Numbered from the stretch's first letter, positions 30,429 through 40,749 are shown. The stretch: 64,000 nt of DNA from Candidatus Thalassospirochaeta sargassi (GCA_028532855.1 JAQQAL010000035.1:39481-103480), one strand, 5' to 3'. Translations and numbers: made by a program. Notes: generated from the sequence alone by a model not told the origin.

Positions 30429-32115
30429 AATAGATTACTCCTTCACTCTTTTTACCATCAACTATTATTTTAATTTCATTATTAAGCCGAACATGGGTGA
30501 AATATTTTTCTCTAAAAATAATACATTGTTTTTCGAGATATTCAAAATCAATAAATGACTCTTTTGTCATTCCTCTATTGTCTATAGACAGGTATGCCGT
30601 TTCTGTATTTAAAATATTATGAAAAAAATGGGAACCTTGACTGAGATCCGGATTCATATCAGGCAGTGTTGATTCAATAATTACACGCGCCCCGGATATC
30701 TGTGACCATTTTACCGGTATTCCCAGTGCAGGGTCAGAACTTCCCCAGCGACCGAATCCACATAAGACGTATGATCTCCCTTCGCTAATCAGTGTTCGAT
30801 TAATTCTTTCGATTTCCAAGGGCATTTCAGCTGTATTTCTTGCTGAGAAAACTGATGGGAGTATATATACAAAATCGATTATGTTCTCTAAAAACAAGTT
30901 CCCCAATGCATTATTTGAAGAAACTATTATTTTTTTATGGTCAATACTTGAAATTGATGGGGTACCTGCTGAATTCAGTTTTTTCATTGGTCTGATTTGG
31001 AGCAGGGCAAGATCTAACTCTTCTGATTCTAAATTTATATTGACGGCAAACTCTATTTCAATTTCTTCATTGATTTTTGAACTGAAATCTTTAAGAAGAT
31101 GCGACATACAATTATTAAAACCAAATAGTCCTCCCTTCAGGATAGGAGAGAAATCGATTAATTTGAATCCATTTTTCTGAAAACCCATCTCAAGTCTGTC
31201 CGATTCCGGGGAATATGTCGAACATAGAAATCTAATTATTTCATCTTCTTCAAGAAGTTTTATTGTTTTCTTAGTTAGAAATTCATCTTCATCAAGGGGG
31301 CTTTCTTTTTCTGGAGGTTTTAGATCAATTGTCCAGAGATGGGTTTGACCGGAGTCAAGCATAGCCTTCATGGAAGCTGGCGGTGGAGTTCCGGGGTTTT
31401 CAGGGCAGAACAACCACTTTCGACCGCCGTCTACAATTGTTTTACCTAAGCCTGCCGCAAGTTCAATTATTCCGCTCTCCTGGGCGCTGCCACCAAAAGG
31501 ATAATAATTAAATGAACGACCTACCCCCGAGAACGCGGGGAGAAAAAATTGCCCATGTTTCTGCCCATGCACCCGTTGGATTATTACAGACATCATTTCA
31601 GTGCTTAAATCAAATCCTGCGGCCTGGAAACTATCCCGGGATGAACTAAACCAGGTTGAGGAATACACAAACTTAACGGCGTTTATTAATTGCATAAATC
31701 TTATATTTGGATCAGGACTGTTATTTGGTATCATTTTTGTAGCAAATAATCCTGCTAAGGGTTTATTAAGAGAATCCTCTGTAAAACTGGAAGACCTGAC
31801 TGCTAAAGGTTCAGATATCCGGTTGGATATTTTACGTAATTCACCAACAAGCAATGGCGGAAAGGATGATTGTTGAAACAACCTTGAAATCTCCTCATCA
31901 GTTTTGTCTTTGACCTGTTCCAATGAAAGGTTATTTTCAGAGATGAATTGTCCGAACACATCTGAAAGGATAATAGTCATTTCGGGGATTATTAAATTTA
32001 TACTGCTGGATCTGTCTTCCGGATAAAGCTCATCGATCAGTGATTGTATCCTGATAAGTCCTGCCCCCTTACCGCCAGGAGAACCGATACCTATATAAGA
32101 TATGTTGTTTTTCAT
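30421..32115 (-). CDS. stand-alone PEP-synthase-like ATP-grasp (PPDK_N) protein
   Basis: GGKGAGL, AVRSSSFTEDS..AGLF, EIEFA..LLQIRP, GRWGS, SQGSHFF; no PEP-binding TIM barrel. Confidence 0.82.
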   Translation of the reverse strand: MKNNISYIGIGSPGGKGAGLIRIQSLIDELYPEDRSSSINLIIPEMTIILSDVFGQFISENNLSLEQVKDKTDEEISRLFQQSSFPPLLVGELRKISNRISEPLAVRSSSFTEDSLNKPLAGLFATKMIPNNSPDPNIRFMQLINAVKFVYSSTWFSSSRDSFQAAGFDLSTEMMSVIIQRVHGQKHGQFFLPAFSGVGRSFNYYPFGGSAQESGIIELAAGLGKTIVDGGRKWLFCPENPGTPPPASMKAMLDSGQTHLWTIDLKPPEKESPLDEDEFLTKKTIKLLEEDEIIRFLCSTYSPESDRLEMGFQKNGFKLIDFSPILKGGLFGFNNCMSHLLKDFSSKINEEIEIEFAVNINLESEELDLALLQIRPMKKLNSAGTPSISSIDHKKIIVSSNNALGNLFLENIIDFVYILPSVFSARNTAEMPLEIERINRTLISEGRSYVLCGFGRWGSSDPALGIPVKWSQISGARVIIESTLPDMNPDLSQGSHFFHNILNTETAYLSIDNRGMTKESFIDFEYLEKQCIIFREKYFTHVRLNNEIKIIVDGKKSEGVIYYE

Positions 32116-32182
32116 TATTAAACCTTCAGCTTTTAGGTTATAATTTAACCCCGAGTATCAAATTGGTACCCGGGGTTGTAAA

Positions 32183-33466
32183 TCAGGTCCAGCCGCGCAG
32201 TTTACACGCTTCTGCTACCCTGTTAACTGAAATTATGTATGCGGCATCTCTCATGAAGAGATTATTCTTTCTTGCAAGTCCTGACACCGCCATAAATGCC
32301 GAAGTCATTTTAATATCAAGTTTACTGATAACTTCATCCTTTTCCCAGTAATAGTTCATATTATTCTGAACCTGCTCAAAGTAGCTGCATGTAACTCCGC
32401 CGGCATTGGCTAAAAAGTCGGGAATCACAAAAATACCACGCTCTTTCAGTACCTGATCAGCCTCAGGGGTTGTGGGACCATTTGCTGCTTCAGCAATAAT
32501 CTTGACGCTTCTGCTGATCTTAGAAACATTTTCCGCTGTTATTTGATTCTCTAGAGCAGCAGGAATCAGGATATCAACACTCTGCTCAATCCAGGCTTCT
32601 CCAGGCAGCACCTCATAACCCAGGTCCTGAGCTTTTTCCTTGTCAATCCCGCCAAAGTGATCGGTTATGGATCTGAGTTCGTCTAGATTAATACCGTCCT
32701 TTTTACTAAACGCAAAGGATTTTGCTTCATTTTGATCCCAGCAGGATACACATGTAACGGTTCCGCCGAGCTGAATAAATAATTGAATTGCATACTGTGC
32801 AACATTGCCAAATCCCTGGATACTTGCAGTGGTTTCCGATGGCGAAATATTCAGCTCTTTCAGAGCCTCTCTAAGCGTAAATACCACACCAAATCCTGTA
32901 GCCTCAGTCCTGCCAAGGGAGCCGCCGAGACCTACAGGCTTTCCGGTGATAACGCCAGGATATTTGCCGCCTGTTATTGTTTCATACTCATCCATCATCC
33001 ATAGCATATGCTGTGCACTAGTCATAACATCAGGGGCCGGCACATCTCTAACTGGTCCAAGTGCGCCGGCAATCTGTCTCATATAACCGCGGCAAATTCT
33101 TTCCTGTTCACCTGTACTCAAATGATGCGGGTCGCAAACAACCCCGCCCTTGCTGCCCCCAAGCGGAATATCGACGACACTGCATTTCCATGTCATCCAC
33201 ATTGATAATGCACGGACTGTGTCTATAGTTTCTAACGGGTGGAATCTTATTCCGCCCTTACCCGGACCCAAGGCATCATTATGCTGGCATCTGAAACCGT
33301 TGAAGACTTCAACAGTGCCATCATCCATCTTAACAGGAATATTAACATGATATTCCCTCATCGGCACCCTCAACAGGGATCTTGTCCCTTGATCCAGCGA
33401 AAGATGCTCTGCAATGCTGTCAAACTGCTGCTGAGCCATTTTGAATGCGTTGTACGACTTATTCAT
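32183..33466 (-). CDS. gdhA: glutamate dehydrogenase (Glu/Leu/Phe/Val family)
   Basis: GPGKGGIRFHP, MTWKC, GGSKGG, DVPAPD, QGFGNV, EAANGP, NAGGV..SYFE. Confidence 0.93.
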   Translation of the reverse strand: MNKSYNAFKMAQQQFDSIAEHLSLDQGTRSLLRVPMREYHVNIPVKMDDGTVEVFNGFRCQHNDALGPGKGGIRFHPLETIDTVRALSMWMTWKCSVVDIPLGGSKGGVVCDPHHLSTGEQERICRGYMRQIAGALGPVRDVPAPDVMTSAQHMLWMMDEYETITGGKYPGVITGKPVGLGGSLGRTEATGFGVVFTLREALKELNISPSETTASIQGFGNVAQYAIQLFIQLGGTVTCVSCWDQNEAKSFAFSKKDGINLDELRSITDHFGGIDKEKAQDLGYEVLPGEAWIEQSVDILIPAALENQITAENVSKISRSVKIIAEAANGPTTPEADQVLKERGIFVIPDFLANAGGVTCSYFEQVQNNMNYYWEKDEVISKLDIKMTSAFMAVSGLARKNNLFMRDAAYIISVNRVAEACKLRGWT

Positions 33467-33520
33467 ATATCAATATCTCCTCTGATATTAAAGATTTCAA
33501 ACGAAATAATTATTACGCCC

Positions 33521-34093
33521 TTATAATTGATGAACAGCACGGTTATACCAGGGTATACACCATTCAGAATCTTTGGTTAGTAATGACATTGACAAATTTT
33601 CAAGTTTCAAACGACTGCGATCAATTTTGCCTTTACTGAAAATTTCAAGAACCTCCATAATAAAACAGGCGTGTGAAACAACTATCAACCGCTGATCTCG
33701 ATGTCGGTCCGCGATAGTATTAATAATTTTTTCAGCACGAGATCTGAAAGCTAAAAGTTGTTCAGCACCCGGAATTTTTCCACGTTCAGGATAAATAGTT
33801 TTTCTCTCCTGCATATCCATTCCTTCAGCAATTCCGAAGTTAAATTCAATTAGTAATTCTTCAGTTCTAATCTCCGGAATATCTGCAGATGAAGATATAA
33901 TTTCCGAAGTTTCCTTTGCTCTACTGAGCGGGCTGGTATAGATAAGATTCCATTTTGAATTCTTAAAATATTCTGCAACCAAACCAGCCTGTGTTCTACC
34001 TGTTTCATTAAGGGGAATATCCGAAACACCCTGAACCTTAAATTGCTTATTCCAGTTGGTTTGTCCGTGTCTCACTATGCATAATTCAGTCAT
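33521..34093 (-). CDS. histidine phosphatase (phosphoglycerate mutase-like)
   Basis: VRHGQT, SPLSRA, E.NFG..EG, VVSH. Confidence 0.9.
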   Translation of the reverse strand: MTELCIVRHGQTNWNKQFKVQGVSDIPLNETGRTQAGLVAEYFKNSKWNLIYTSPLSRAKETSEIISSSADIPEIRTEELLIEFNFGIAEGMDMQERKTIYPERGKIPGAEQLLAFRSRAEKIINTIADRHRDQRLIVVSHACFIMEVLEIFSKGKIDRSRLKLENLSMSLLTKDSEWCIPWYNRAVHQL

Positions 34094-34118
34094 ATTCCAC
34101 CACTGTTTGATTTTATTT

Positions 34119-35138
34119 TCATTTCGAGTCCTCTTTAGAGTTGAGTTGTTCAGATAATAAAAAAGTCATAAACAATTCTTCTATGGTAGTCAGGGGGCCT
34201 GATTCGGCAGCACCTCTATGAGCAGACCATGAAGCTCTTTTACGATAAAAAGAGTACATTTGCCGAGGGTCCGCATCCAGTTCCAACGGCCTGGGGTCAT
34301 TAGAATCGAGAATGTTTTTTATGTCTTTATAGTCTATAGCGAAAACGTTTTTTTCAGTCATGTAGGCTCTAATCTTTTTAATATATTCAAACGGCAAGCC
34401 GAAAATAAATTCTTCAAGAGTCTGCAGCATTTCTCTATCCATGCTATAAGCCTCAAGAAATTTATGCCATCTAATCGACAGGATAGATGATAATTGCATT
34501 AGTTCTACAGTACCTAGCATCGTACCGAATGCCGGTATGATAGAGCGTCTACTGGACCATAGACTGTAAATATTGACAGCAAATGAAGTGTTTTGAGATA
34601 AGTCTCTATATTCCCAGAATTTGATTAAATTTCCAGCAGCTGTACTTCTCACGGCCTGCTCAGTAACCGGTCTCTCAATAATCTTTTGGTAAACCTCTTC
34701 TATAAGAAGCATATACATCAACTTTTCCCATTTTATTAAGACATTCTTTCTGAATTTATATAATTCTGGATATTTATTGCAAAGTTTTGACAGATACCCA
34801 TAGAGATTAAATTTAGTAATTGTGTAAGTCCGGCCTATTGAAACTTTGGACGGAAGAAGCACAGAAAAAGTACAACCATTCTGGATAAGACTCTTTGCGA
34901 GAGAATTAATACTTTTTTCATCATCAAGTTTATAGCTGTCCAGGATTGAATCACATGAATTATAAATATTTTTGAGCTGTTCATTATTTTGTCTTAGTCT
35001 TTCAACCTTTTGATGGTGCTGACTATCTAAATATTTCAGCATAAATGACACTTCATCTAACAGAGTCGGAATCTCGGGTTCGCAGAATATGTTGGAAACA
35101 GCTTCCGTTTTATCACACATTAGTGAACTGCTTCGCAT
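34119..35138 (-). CDS. hypothetical protein
   Basis: 339-aa ORF, co-oriented with and overlapping the upstream gene; no motif recognised with confidence. Confidence 0.7.
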   Translation of the reverse strand: MRSSSLMCDKTEAVSNIFCEPEIPTLLDEVSFMLKYLDSQHHQKVERLRQNNEQLKNIYNSCDSILDSYKLDDEKSINSLAKSLIQNGCTFSVLLPSKVSIGRTYTITKFNLYGYLSKLCNKYPELYKFRKNVLIKWEKLMYMLLIEEVYQKIIERPVTEQAVRSTAAGNLIKFWEYRDLSQNTSFAVNIYSLWSSRRSIIPAFGTMLGTVELMQLSSILSIRWHKFLEAYSMDREMLQTLEEFIFGLPFEYIKKIRAYMTEKNVFAIDYKDIKNILDSNDPRPLELDADPRQMYSFYRKRASWSAHRGAAESGPLTTIEELFMTFLLSEQLNSKEDSK

Positions 35139-35523
35139 GATGTACTTCTTTTATTTCAATCCTGTAAATACCACCTGGGGCGCTGTATTCTGATAAACTG
35201 TTTTTTCTTTTTCCAATCAGTGCTATACCTAAAGGGGTAATAACGGATAAATTTCCAGGATCTAACGATAGATCAGCAGGATACACAAGTTTTATCTCAT
35301 GAAGTTTATCATCGCCTGTATATTGGTATTTTACCAATGAGTTTATTTTTACAATGTTTGAAGAGAGTGTTCCGTCTGGAACTATTTCGGCATCGTCCAG
35401 TTCTGATAAGAATTGAGAGAATTGCTGTTGGCGGGTTTTTGTCCTTGAAGCATAATTTTCAACTATTCTCTTTAACCTGATATAATCATCCAGTTCAAAA
35501 TATAGCTTTTCCTCAAAGTTCAT
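35113..35523 (-). CDS. GreA/GreB-family protein, Rnk-like (short N-terminal coiled coil)
   Basis: ELDDAEIV..VKINSLV..LVYP..SVITPLGIALIG; start moved to ATG 35523 after GGAGAGG. Confidence 0.82.
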   Translation of the reverse strand: MNFEEKLYFELDDYIRLKRIVENYASRTKTRQQQFSQFLSELDDAEIVPDGTLSSNIVKINSLVKYQYTGDDKLHEIKLVYPADLSLDPGNLSVITPLGIALIGKRKNSLSEYSAPGGIYRIEIKEVHHAKQFTNV

Positions 35524-35624
35524 ATCATCCTCTCCATATAAACATTGTTGGTTATAATTCAATATTAGAAGGGAATTGATGAGACGCCAATAATGGAAAA
35601 ACATGCATTTATTCTACATGTTTT

Positions 35625-36515
35625 TTACATGTCGGAAACAGGATTACGCAGAAATGAGGTAAGGTTGATATTTGAATTATTTAATTTTAGTTTTTTTCTA
35701 ACAGTGTTACGATGGCGCTCTACAGTGAGTTCGGAAATACCCAGGAGAGAAGATATTTCTTTTGTAAGCATACCATTCTTTATCAGGTTGCATACTTCAA
35801 GTTCACGCGGAGTAAGAAGGTGCTGAATATGTGTCAGGCTGTTACTGTCTTTTCCGAATTTATTTTCTAATGAAAATCGGATATTTAAAATTAAATCTCT
35901 ATCATGTGAAGAAAGTTTTTCATTCTGCAGCAATTTACTTATTTCCGGATATATTATGGAATTCAGAAATGTCTTCTCCTCATCCTGATAGTTCTTCTTT
36001 TCTATTCCATATTGTGCCATGATTTCATGTAAAGCTATGTTCTTTTTCTCTAGATCATCAGTCTGTTTCTGGAGCCGTATCGTGGATTCTCTAAGTATAT
36101 TCTCAAGTTCATTTTTTTGAAGTACATTCGCGAGAAGGGCTGTTGTTGATTCAACAAGATATCTCTCCCTGTCGAGAAAAACAAGCTCAGCCACGTAACC
36201 CCGGGCTGGCTGAAAATAGTATGAAAAAATTGTAACTCGTTTATTAATGCTGAAAATTGAAGAGCAAGAAAAGCTGTCAACCGGTTTTGTGTTTTTGACA
36301 GAATTGTTTTCTATTGGATCATTGAAATCCGAAATGAATATTCCGACATCGGCATTATCAGGATATTGCATGGCCTCTTTAAGTATTACTGCTGTTTTAT
36401 CACATATGATCGCTGAAGTGAGATTGGGCTTTGTAAATAATATGGAAAGTTTATACAGAGCATCCAGCTCTTTCTCCCGTTCATGCAGTTGACTTTCAAG
36501 ATCTGTTTGCTTCAT
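35625..36515 (-). CDS. LuxR-family regulator with N-terminal GAF-like sensor and coiled coil
   Basis: LTPRELEV..G..TKEIS..LGISELTVERHRNTVRKKL; N-terminal EREKELDALY. Confidence 0.9.
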   Translation of the reverse strand: MKQTDLESQLHEREKELDALYKLSILFTKPNLTSAIICDKTAVILKEAMQYPDNADVGIFISDFNDPIENNSVKNTKPVDSFSCSSIFSINKRVTIFSYYFQPARGYVAELVFLDRERYLVESTTALLANVLQKNELENILRESTIRLQKQTDDLEKKNIALHEIMAQYGIEKKNYQDEEKTFLNSIIYPEISKLLQNEKLSSHDRDLILNIRFSLENKFGKDSNSLTHIQHLLTPRELEVCNLIKNGMLTKEISSLLGISELTVERHRNTVRKKLKLNNSNINLTSFLRNPVSDM

Positions 36516-36568
36516 ATCTTTTCCATTTTCGATGAATTATAACACAAATTTTGTATTGCTTCACAGTT

Positions 36569-38365
36569 TTATACTGTAAATCGTTTCAGCTCATTCTGAA
36601 CAGATGCGGTAGAATCCTTTGATTCCTGAGATATTTCTCTCAGGTTGATCATAGCTTTGTTTATTTCATTGATCCCTATAGACACCTCTTTTATACCGCC
36701 GAAAACGGAATTTGACAGTTCTTTAAGACTTCCCATCGATCGGCTGATATCCTGAGACCCTTCATTGATTTCTTCGGAAGCAGACTGAATCTGGCTTGTG
36801 ATATCCGAGAGTGATGTTATAGCTCCGGTTATCTCGGAGGTACCGTTAGACAGTTCATGCATGCTTGCATTTATTTCCTGGAAAGTAGAAGTGAAACCTG
36901 AAAGAGTATTTTCCACGGTCTCAAAAGATTCTTTATTATCCTCAGAAGCTGAACGTGCGTTCTGCACAATACCTGTTATCTTGTTAAGAGTATCATTAAT
37001 TAAATAAGCATTCTTTCCGGTCTCCTCAGCAAGTTTTCTGATTTCAGATGCTACAACAGCAAAACCTTTACCCGCATCACCTGCATGCGCAGCCTCGATT
37101 GCCGCGTTCATAGCAAGAAGATTGGTCTGCGATGAAATATTATTTATAACCTCCGTTATATTCTGCATATTTGATGAGAGTTTAAAAACCTCTTGTATTG
37201 AATTATCCGTCTGCTTCATGTTCTCAGCTGTAAGCCTTATCTGAGTTGTTAGTTCAGAGGTCTGCTCATTACGTTCAGAACTTATTTTCGCAACATTGTT
37301 GATTGATGCAGCCATCTCCTCTACCGAGGCGGATGATTGAGTCACAGCGCTTGACTGATTTTCAATCTGTTTTGTAAGGGCGCTTAAATTTGCTGCAATC
37401 TGTTCAACCGCCGTTACAGATTCAGAAACAACCTCATTCTGATGCTCCACCTGCCGGGACATTTGATTCATGTTTGCATCCATTTCCTGAACAGATGATG
37501 ACACTTCTTCAGTTGCCTCTGCCAGACTGTTGTTGAGAATTGAATCCTGATTGCTTAATTCATTTATATTACGGATCAGGGAGCCAAGACTGCTGAAACT
37601 GCTGTTAAAATCCTGAATCAGCTTTCCAAATTCATTTTTTTGATTATATTCAATTGTCCGGTTAAGAATACCCTCTGACATATTTTCAGAATAAGTATTT
37701 ATCTTTACAAAACCGTCCAAAATTGTTTTTATCAGGAATGAGGCTGTAAGTATGCTGAGCAATACGGCAATAAAAGATGAAGCCAATGAAATAATTCTCG
37801 TGTTGTTCTGCATTTCGATCAGCCCGTCAAGACTGCCTGCAAGTTCCATCAAATGTTCTTCTACAAGTATTGTCAGCTGTTCGCTCATAGCAGCGGCATA
37901 AGGATCAAACTCACCCATCATGATATTCCCAGCCTCAGGCCCGAAGTCTATATAAGCCTGCGCCATATCCTTCCCTACCCTGTAAAAGTCGTTGAGGGTC
38001 ACCTTCAGCATGCTGAGTTCCTTTTGAAGTTCCGGTTCCTTCTCATATGTTTCAATGAGGCTGTTAAGAATTTCTTCCGCCTGATTATAATAATTTTCCG
38101 CTTCGTCGTAACCATCGTTATATCCTGGAAGACCTCTTGTTGCGGATATGTCGGTGAGCCATTGCTGAATTTGAATTACATCTTTTTCCAGTTCCAGAAA
38201 ATGCAGGGTGTGCGGCAAGATTTCTTCACCGATTTTAATGATTTTAGATTCACTGGTATAACTGCGGTATATGGTGAATGCCGAGAAACCGATTATAACA
38301 ATCAAGATAACAGCAAACCCCATGATTAATATATTTTTTAAAGTTAAATTCATTTTGCTCTCCAT
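36569..38365 (-). CDS. methyl-accepting chemotaxis protein
   Basis: Two TMs, [39 protein letters not shown]. Confidence 0.95.
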   Translation of the reverse strand: MESKMNLTLKNILIMGFAVILIVIIGFSAFTIYRSYTSESKIIKIGEEILPHTLHFLELEKDVIQIQQWLTDISATRGLPGYNDGYDEAENYYNQAEEILNSLIETYEKEPELQKELSMLKVTLNDFYRVGKDMAQAYIDFGPEAGNIMMGEFDPYAAAMSEQLTILVEEHLMELAGSLDGLIEMQNNTRIISLASSFIAVLLSILTASFLIKTILDGFVKINTYSENMSEGILNRTIEYNQKNEFGKLIQDFNSSFSSLGSLIRNINELSNQDSILNNSLAEATEEVSSSVQEMDANMNQMSRQVEHQNEVVSESVTAVEQIAANLSALTKQIENQSSAVTQSSASVEEMAASINNVAKISSERNEQTSELTTQIRLTAENMKQTDNSIQEVFKLSSNMQNITEVINNISSQTNLLAMNAAIEAAHAGDAGKGFAVVASEIRKLAEETGKNAYLINDTLNKITGIVQNARSASEDNKESFETVENTLSGFTSTFQEINASMHELSNGTSEITGAITSLSDITSQIQSASEEINEGSQDISRSMGSLKELSNSVFGGIKEVSIGINEINKAMINLREISQESKDSTASVQNELKRFTV

Positions 38366-38439
38366 TTTTTATGTATATTTAATTGGTAAAGTATAATTAT
38401 TAAGAAATCAGATGCAAGTTTTAAATGACTTAAATCTTG

Positions 38440-38991
38440 TTAAAGTCTGAAACCTGCGGCAATTCCTGTAACCAGATCAATCATCTCCAGCTCAGCGAGG
38501 TTACTGCTGTATCCGGGACTCAGCGTGAAACGCGGACCTGCCGAAAACTCAAGACTTAAGCTGTCGCTCACAAACCAAAGCAGCTGCGCATGTACTTCAG
38601 CAGCAAAAAGAAAGTAAGGCAACGGTCGACTCATAATAATTCCCGGCATCAGGGCTGCTCCGCCTGAGATCTGCAGGTTTTCTCCATTTAATATTATCAG
38701 CCCGGCCTCTAGAGGAAACAACAGGTTGAAACCGGTGTAACCCATCCCCAACTCCATACCTGCCCCAAGCAGCAGCCTGTCCTTCTCCCGGCTAAATATA
38801 AGATTGACAGAACCACCGTTAGCCCCAGGGTCCCAACCGCCACCGAAATAGAGTCCGTTGTTAATGTTTATTCCCGTTTCTGCACGGTATTCAGTTTTCT
38901 CAGCCCCATCTTCTGCAGCCGCATTCTGCTGCAGCGCGGGCAGAAAAGTAAAGGCAGTAATTGCTGTAAAAAGTATCAGTATCTTCTTCAT
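38440..38991 (-). CDS. hypothetical exported protein, possible small beta-barrel
   Basis: Signal peptide, alternating hydrophobic strands, C-terminal GFRL. Confidence 0.55.
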   Translation of the reverse strand: MKKILILFTAITAFTFLPALQQNAAAEDGAEKTEYRAETGININNGLYFGGGWDPGANGGSVNLIFSREKDRLLLGAGMELGMGYTGFNLLFPLEAGLIILNGENLQISGGAALMPGIIMSRPLPYFLFAAEVHAQLLWFVSDSLSLEFSAGPRFTLSPGYSSNLAELEMIDLVTGIAAGFRL

Positions 38992-38994
38992 AGC

Positions 38995-39756
38995 CTATCT
39001 CCATCCGTTCTCGTTGAAAAACTCAATCATGTATTCAATTACCTCTGCATGAAATGCCTCTCTTGTAATGGTGGGCTCATAATCGCCGTCCTGTGGTCCG
39101 TATGTACCGAAGTATGAATGAGAGCCCCCATCTATCTGATGGACAACAGTATAATTTGATGTTTCAGCCGGATAATCAGTTTCTGTTTCATCAAGCCAGG
39201 TCTCGGGTGGCAGCAGGCTGAGTGTACTATCCACATCTTCAATCTTTTCTATAGATGAATACAGAGACAGAACCCGACCGTCCCAGTCTGCAAGGCTGTT
39301 GCCTGATGCCGGACGCGAATCCATTAATATCAACCCCTCAAAAACATCCGGGTTGTCATAAACCACGGCGGCAGCCATTGCACCCCCAAGTGAGTGCCCC
39401 GCTATAATCCAGGTTGTTATTTCGGGATAGTCTTCAATAACCGATAATCCCGCATCTATATCAAATACGGCAAGGTTCCCGGGCATTTTTGTGATAAGCG
39501 CCGCAATCCCTGCCTCTCCAACAAAGTCCGAAAGGATCTCGTTGTAAACATGATTGTCAACAAGACCTCCGGGGTAAAAAAGCAGACCGGTATCAGTAAC
39601 CGTTGGCTGGTTTGGCCTTATTTCTATTTTATTGCGTGTTTCGGTGATCGTAACATCGGGGCTAATGTCATCTGCAGTATACAGGGCTCTGTAGCTGCAG
39701 CCGGTAATCAGCAGAACTATGGAGAACAACATAATTGAATATTTACAAAATTTCAT
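38995..39756 (-). CDS. alpha/beta hydrolase lipoprotein
   Basis: Lipobox ITGC, FYPGG, GHSLGG, GGSHSYFG.YG.Q. Confidence 0.85.
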   Translation of the reverse strand: MKFCKYSIMLFSIVLLITGCSYRALYTADDISPDVTITETRNKIEIRPNQPTVTDTGLLFYPGGLVDNHVYNEILSDFVGEAGIAALITKMPGNLAVFDIDAGLSVIEDYPEITTWIIAGHSLGGAMAAAVVYDNPDVFEGLILMDSRPASGNSLADWDGRVLSLYSSIEKIEDVDSTLSLLPPETWLDETETDYPAETSNYTVVHQIDGGSHSYFGTYGPQDGDYEPTITREAFHAEVIEYMIEFFNENGWR

Positions 39757-39877
39757 GTAGTAATTGTAATCGCAGGCGAATAAAAGATCAATTGTAAGAC
39801 TTTAAAGCTTCGTTCCTAACATCCCCCGTAGTGTTATTACCAACTGAAACTCCTCATCGGGAAATAATTGTTACATA

Positions 39878-39920
39878 AAAAAAGACCGATTGTGTTTCCG
39901 TCACAACCGGCCTCTTTTTA
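39878..39920. terminator. probable intrinsic terminator
   Basis: A-run, CCGATTGTG..CACAACCGG stem, T-run; just downstream of 39937-40749. Confidence 0.55.
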
Positions 39921-39936
39921 TTTGTCATTGAATATC

Positions 39937-40749
39937 CTATCTGTAGAAATCAGTTGCGCTCCAGTAACCGTCCATAGCTTCTGTTGCTTTAAAGCTTGTC
40001 TGAACAATCATGTCGCCTGCTGCAGTCTCCATTGTTCCCTCAATTGCACTTGCTGTTGCATAAAGTGCGTTTCCGTCAAAATCATATTCGATTGTTTCGG
40101 TGTACTCTACTCCGTCATAATCAACGTTTGATTCAAGCTGGCGGAGAATACCGTCGGCATCAATTAAAGCCTTACCTTCTATTGTGATTATTGATGAGGA
40201 CTCAGGGTCATCGTAGTCTTCAATAAGGTCCCTGCTGTCTCTTACAGTTTCTTCAAAGTCGTAGCCGTACTGTGCTGCATCCCGGTAGAGGGTGTATTCA
40301 AATACTGAGCAGTCGGTACCGTTTACCTCTGCTTCGCCTGTGTAGGAAACAACCACGTCTTCGTCATCAACATCGTCGTCAAATGGGGTCCAGAGCAGTC
40401 CGTCGTTCAACACGCTTCGTTTAACAAATGCATCAAAATCACCGGTAATATCGACCTGCAGCTTCAAACCATCTACAAACTCGCCATTTTCACCTTCATC
40501 AGCAAGAAAGACCAAGTCTTCTGCTTCGCTGTAGAAGAAATTGACCTCTTCAGAGAGCACGACATCTCCTGCAGGACTGAGCTCTTCCCAGGTAAGGGTC
40601 TTGCTTACAGGAAGAACAGACGCATTGTCAGAAACTATGTCTGCAGCCTTATCCCATAAATCGTTACTTGAAGCGAATGCCGGAAGTCCACATACTACCG
40701 CTGCGAGGCAGCCGGCCATAACCATAATATTCATTTTCTTGTTTCTCAT
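39937..40749 (-). CDS. hypothetical secreted acidic protein
   Basis: Signal peptide, RBS AGGAG, D/E-rich. Confidence 0.7.
   Translation of the reverse strand: MRNKKMNIMVMAGCLAAVVCGLPAFASSNDLWDKAADIVSDNASVLPVSKTLTWEELSPAGDVVLSEEVNFFYSEAEDLVFLADEGENGEFVDGLKLQVDITGDFDAFVKRSVLNDGLLWTPFDDDVDDEDVVVSYTGEAEVNGTDCSVFEYTLYRDAAQYGYDFEETVRDSRDLIEDYDDPESSSIITIEGKALIDADGILRQLESNVDYDGVEYTETIEYDFDGNALYATASAIEGTMETAAGDMIVQTSFKATEAMDGYWSATDFYR

Noticed and set aside
27264-32115. Calling these ppsA/ppdK
   Set aside because: Both lack the PEP/pyruvate-binding TIM barrel and the canonical TSHAAI motif
39790-39870. Possible riboswitch upstream of the hydrolase
   Set aside because: No convincing match to fluoride, c-di-GMP or other aptamer consensus by eye
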